DNA from: an uncultured Acidimicrobiaceae bacterium
Lineage (GTDB): Bacteria; Actinomycetota; Acidimicrobiia; Spongiisociales; UBA5794
Assembly: GCA_947259365.1 (NCBI GenBank)
Contig: CAMYMC010000008.1
Span: 45,804 to 109,803 of the forward strand
Direction of reading: 5' to 3'
DNA length: 64,000 nucleotides
The notes under the pieces are model-generated. The model did no database searches and was not told the DNA's origin. It saw only the letters and a list, made by a program, of their open reading frames with translations. The first letter of the stretch is position 1; each line of letters begins with the position of its first letter. The position numbers were made by a program, and so were the translations under genes. Positions 60,276-64,000 of the stretch are shown one piece after another.

Positions 60276-62237
60276 TCAACGGCCGCCCAGCCACTCGGCG
60301 ACCCGTGTGGCGACCGCGGCGGGCGTGAACCCGTATCGCTCGGCGAGGTCCTGCCACGGCGCCGATGCACCGAACGCGTCGAGTCCGATGTTCAGGCCCC
60401 CGTCCCCGGTGATCGATTGCCACCCGAACGTGACGCCCGCCTCGAGCGACGCCCTGGGAATCCCGTCTCCGAGCACCGACGATCGGTACTCGGCGTCCTG
60501 GACGGCAAACGCCTCGACGCACGGCATCGAAACGACCCGCAGCGAGATCCCGGAATCGTCGAGGAGCTCCGCGGCCTCCCGGGCCACCCACACCTCCGAG
60601 CCGGTGGCGACGAGGACGGCGTCGGCGCCGTCCCGGGCGATGTAGCCGCCGCGGGCGGCGGTCTCCGGCTCCGCCATCGCATCCGGCACGGGGAGGCCCT
60701 GCCTGGTGAGGACGAGGGCAGTCGGTCCGTCGGTGCGGTTCATCGCCATCTCCCAGGCCGCGGCGGTCTCGGCCGGATCGGAGGGCCGCACCACCCAGAG
60801 GTTTGGGATCGCCCGTAGTGCGGCGACGTGCTCGACGGGCTGATGCGTCGGACCGTCCTCGCCGAGGAAGATCGAGTCGTGTGTCCACACCCAGATCGCA
60901 GGCGCGCCCATGAGCGCCCCGAGCCGAACCGCGCCGCGCATGTAGTCGCTGAAGGTGAGGAAGGTGGCGCCGTAGCCGCGGAGCCCGCCGTGGACGGTGA
61001 TGCCGTTGACCACGGCCCCCATCGCATGCTCACGGACGCCAAACCTCAGGTTGCGCCCCGACCGGTCCCTCTTCGAGAAGTCGCCGGTGCCGTCGAGGAG
61101 CGTATTCGTCGACGAGGCGAGATCGGCGGCGCCGCCGATGAGGTCGGGTCGCGCGGCGGCGATCGCATTGAGGACCACACCCGACACCTTGCGCGTCGCG
61201 ACCGACGCACCCGGCTCGTGAGGCGGCACGGCCGCCGACACCGGGCCGGCATCGTGATAGGCGCGCCACCGGGCGGCGCGGTCCTCGTCGGTGGCGAACG
61301 CCCGGTCGCGGCGCTCCTCCCACGCCTGGCGGGCCGAGGTGCCGCGAGCCATCGCCGTTGCGAAGAACTCGTAGACCTCGCCGGGCACGTCGAACGGGGG
61401 GCGATCCCACCCGTAGGCCTCGCGGACGAGGGCGACCTCGTCGGCACCGAGGGGGGAACCATGTGCGCTCGCGGTGTCCTGCTTGTTGGGGCTGCCGAAA
61501 CCGATGTGGGTCTTGCACGAGATGAGGCTCGGCCTCGACTCCTCGGCGACAGCGGCGGTGACGGCCTCGCGCAGCGCGGCCCGGTCGTGCCCGTCGACGG
61601 TGAGCGTGTGCCAGCCGGACGCGTCGAACCGTGACGGCACGTCCTCGGAGAACGCCAGGTCCGTCGGCCCGACGAGCGAGATCCCGTTGTCGTCGTAGAG
61701 GTAGACGATCCTCCCCAGACCGAGGTGGCCTGCCAGCGAGGCGGCCTCGGCGGCGACGCCCTCCATGAGGTCGCCGTCGGAGACGAAGCCGTACACGCGA
61801 TGGTCGACGAGGTCGGCGCCCAGCTCGGCGCGCAGCTGCTCCTCGGCGATCGCCATCCCGACACCGGTCGCAAAGCCCTGCCCGAGGGGGCCCGTCGTCG
61901 TCTCGATGCCGATCGTCGGGTCGATCTCGGGGTGGCCGGCGGTCGGGAAGCCGAGCTGGCGGAAGTTCTCGATCGACTCCATGGGGAGCGGGAAGCCGCT
62001 GAGGTGGAGAAGGGCGTAGAGCAGCATCGACGCGTGGCCGTTGGAGAGCACGAAGCGGTCGCGGTCCGGCCACTCGGGGTGGGTGGGGTCCACGGTGAGA
62101 AACGACCCCCACACGACGATGGCCATGTCGGCCATGCCCATCGGCGCCCCCGGGTGCCCCGACCTCGCCTTCTCGACCGCATCGATCGACAGCATGCGAA
62201 TCGCGTCGACGGCGAGTTGCTCTGCGCTGGTGGTCAT
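60276..62237 (-). CDS. tkt: Transketolase
   Basis: [33 protein letters not shown]-x3-GEDGPTHQ. Confidence 0.98.
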   Translation of the reverse strand: MTTSAEQLAVDAIRMLSIDAVEKARSGHPGAPMGMADMAIVVWGSFLTVDPTHPEWPDRDRFVLSNGHASMLLYALLHLSGFPLPMESIENFRQLGFPTAGHPEIDPTIGIETTTGPLGQGFATGVGMAIAEEQLRAELGADLVDHRVYGFVSDGDLMEGVAAEAASLAGHLGLGRIVYLYDDNGISLVGPTDLAFSEDVPSRFDASGWHTLTVDGHDRAALREAVTAAVAEESRPSLISCKTHIGFGSPNKQDTASAHGSPLGADEVALVREAYGWDRPPFDVPGEVYEFFATAMARGTSARQAWEERRDRAFATDEDRAARWRAYHDAGPVSAAVPPHEPGASVATRKVSGVVLNAIAAARPDLIGGAADLASSTNTLLDGTGDFSKRDRSGRNLRFGVREHAMGAVVNGITVHGGLRGYGATFLTFSDYMRGAVRLGALMGAPAIWVWTHDSIFLGEDGPTHQPVEHVAALRAIPNLWVVRPSDPAETAAAWEMAMNRTDGPTALVLTRQGLPVPDAMAEPETAARGGYIARDGADAVLVATGSEVWVAREAAELLDDSGISLRVVSMPCVEAFAVQDAEYRSSVLGDGIPRASLEAGVTFGWQSITGDGGLNIGLDAFGASAPWQDLAERYGFTPAAVATRVAEWLGGR

Positions 62238-62298
62238 CGGGCTCCTTCGTCCGTCGCAGGCTACCGCGGCCGCCACCCGGCCCCGCTGCCGGGAGCCG

Positions 62299-63033
62299 TC
62301 ACTCGATGAGCGCCTCTGCGGGCATCGAGAACGCCGGCATCACGATGTTCTCGATCCACGATGCCGAGGCTCCGGACCACGTCATCGCCTCGATCTGGCC
62401 GAGGCTGCGCCGTCCCGACGTCGCCCGGAACAGCTCGAACGCCGGCGCCTCCAGTGTCGCCTCGGGCTCGCCGCGGCCCACCCGCCATTGCCGGCCGGTG
62501 TCGGTCGCGCTCAGCAGCAGGTCGGGCAAGCCGGCGGCGGCGCCGACAAACCGGAGCACCGCGACGTGAGAGCGCATGGCGATGTCGACGGCGTCGGAGT
62601 CGCGCGCCCCCGGGGCGCCGAGCGCGGCCCGGATGTCGTGCTCGTGGATGCAGGCGTCGGTGACGACGATGACCGGCGCAGCCTGTGCGCTCACCGGACC
62701 GAAGGCGGTGATGACCGGAAAGGCGATCCCGGCGCTCTCCGGATTCACGAGGAGGGGACGGAGGGCGTCGGTGGTCGCCTCCCACTCGGCGACGACGTCG
62801 GCCGCGGAGAGACCGCGGCGATCGGCGACGTGGCGATCGGTCCACGCAGCGGTCCCGTACCCCGCGAGGTCGCCGTCGAGCCAATCACGCCCCAGCCCGC
62901 AGAGATGCGCCACGACGTCGCGCACCGCCCATGCCGGGGTCGCCGGGACCACGACCGCGGCGGTGTCGTCGGTGAGGAGCTCCGTCACCCGCTGCTGGAC
63001 GCCCCGATACGCGTCGGCGTGGGTCGCCCCCAT
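62299..63033 (-). CDS. MDMPI family mycothiol-dependent enzyme
   Basis: VPATPAW-x-VRDVVAH, D-x2-IHEHDIR, FELFR-x3-GRRS. Confidence 0.88.
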   Translation of the reverse strand: MGATHADAYRGVQQRVTELLTDDTAAVVVPATPAWAVRDVVAHLCGLGRDWLDGDLAGYGTAAWTDRHVADRRGLSAADVVAEWEATTDALRPLLVNPESAGIAFPVITAFGPVSAQAAPVIVVTDACIHEHDIRAALGAPGARDSDAVDIAMRSHVAVLRFVGAAAGLPDLLLSATDTGRQWRVGRGEPEATLEAPAFELFRATSGRRSLGQIEAMTWSGASASWIENIVMPAFSMPAEALIE

Positions 63034-63034
63034 C

Positions 63035-64000
63035 TCAGCCGACCACCCTCAGCTCGCGCCCCGCGGAGTTGAGACGCCGGGAGCCCCCGTCGTCGACCGC
63101 CACGATGTCCTCGATGCGCATCCCGAACCTCCCAGGCACGTAGATCCCCGGCTCGATCGAGAACGCCATCCCCGGCCCGAGCGCCTCGGAGTTGCCGGCG
63201 ACGAGGTACGGGTCCTCGTGGACGTCGAGACCGATGCCGTGACCGGTGCGGTGAATGAAGTAGGCCCCGTAGCCGGCATTGCCGATCACCTCCCGGGCGG
63301 CCCGGTCGACGTCCTCGGCGACGACCCCCGGCGCGACCGCGGCGACGGCCGCTTCCTGGGCCTCTACGAGGACGTCGTACGCAGCGGAGAACTCCGGTGC
63401 CGGCTCGCCGACGTGGAACGTGCGGGTGATGTCCGACGCGTACCCGCCGACCCGGCCGCCGAAGTCGGCGACGACGGCGTCACCCGCGGCGATGATGCGG
63501 TCTCCCGGCTCGTGATGCGGCGACGCCGCGTTCGGGCCCGAGGCGACGATGGCGAAGCTCGACGTCTCGTGGCCGGCGGCCACCGTCTCCGCGGCGATGA
63601 AGCGGGCGAGCTCGCGCTCGGTGCGACCCGAGAACTGCTCCCCGGCGAGGCCCTCGGCGACCCGGTCGGCGGCCGCCGCCGCCGTCTGCAACAGGGCGAG
63701 TTCGACGCCGTCCTTGACAACTCGCAATCGGCGCATGATGCCGGTGGCATCGACGAAACGGACTCCCGGAAGCCGGTCCTGGAGACCGAGCAGGAACCGG
63801 GACCACGTCTGGGCGCCGGTGGCGACGCGACCGGCTCCGACGATCCGGGCGGCGACGAGATCGAGCGGATCCTCGGTCTCCTCCCAGGCGACGACGTCGA
63901 AGAGCTCCCCGCGCCGCATCACGCGCGGCTCCTCCAGCCCGGGCACGAACAGCGTCGCCCCGGCCGGTGTGATGACGGCCATCGTGAGGCGCTCGTTGGC
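63035..64000 (-). CDS. Xaa-Pro peptidase (M24), 5' end outside window
   Basis: PHH, DFGG, SDITRT, HRTGHGIG-x3-HE, EPGIY, RIED. Confidence 0.93.
   Translation of the reverse strand, partial: ANERLTMAVITPAGATLFVPGLEEPRVMRRGELFDVVAWEETEDPLDLVAARIVGAGRVATGAQTWSRFLLGLQDRLPGVRFVDATGIMRRLRVVKDGVELALLQTAAAAADRVAEGLAGEQFSGRTERELARFIAAETVAAGHETSSFAIVASGPNAASPHHEPGDRIIAAGDAVVADFGGRVGGYASDITRTFHVGEPAPEFSAAYDVLVEAQEAAVAAVAPGVVAEDVDRAAREVIGNAGYGAYFIHRTGHGIGLDVHEDPYLVAGNSEALGPGMAFSIEPGIYVPGRFGMRIEDIVAVDDGGSRRLNSAGRELRVVG

Overview
High-GC chromosomal window with actinobacterial gene content: F420 cofD/cofE, mycothiol-dependent MDMPI enzymes, DUF3499/DUF5719, Rv3303c-type LpdA and many leaderless-looking starts. 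Gene order and the retained prfB frameshift suggest an early-branching lineage such as Acidimicrobiia (inference). It is mostly housekeeping: rph, arcA, tmRNA-smpB, ftsEX, prfB, secA, hpf, comF, an FtsH paralogue, ahcY, a mannose/glycosylation block, cofDE, fpg, birA-acyl-CoA carboxylase, methylmalonyl-CoA mutase, a class A PBP, sirtuin, moeZ, pepA, pduO and tkt. No integrase, transposase, CRISPR array, rRNA or tRNA was seen. Most interesting unexplained signals: (1) an apparently independently transcribed ~225-nt structured RNA (4900-5126, minus) carrying a 16-nt complement of the 16S 3' end and a 14-codon ORF; (2) a nucleoside 2'-deoxyribosyltransferase/deoxynucleoside kinase fusion plus EamA transporter between ssrA and smpB; (3) a HEAT-repeat + HD-GYP pair sharing an unnamed N-terminal domain; (4) a sigma28-like promoter with an added TGTCACG box upstream of two low-complexity surface proteins; (5) a 123-bp direct repeat flanking a 5'-truncated SLC13 permease; (6) a structured leader between comF and hpf that does not look like the raiA motif. 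All calls are from reading the sequence; no searches were run.
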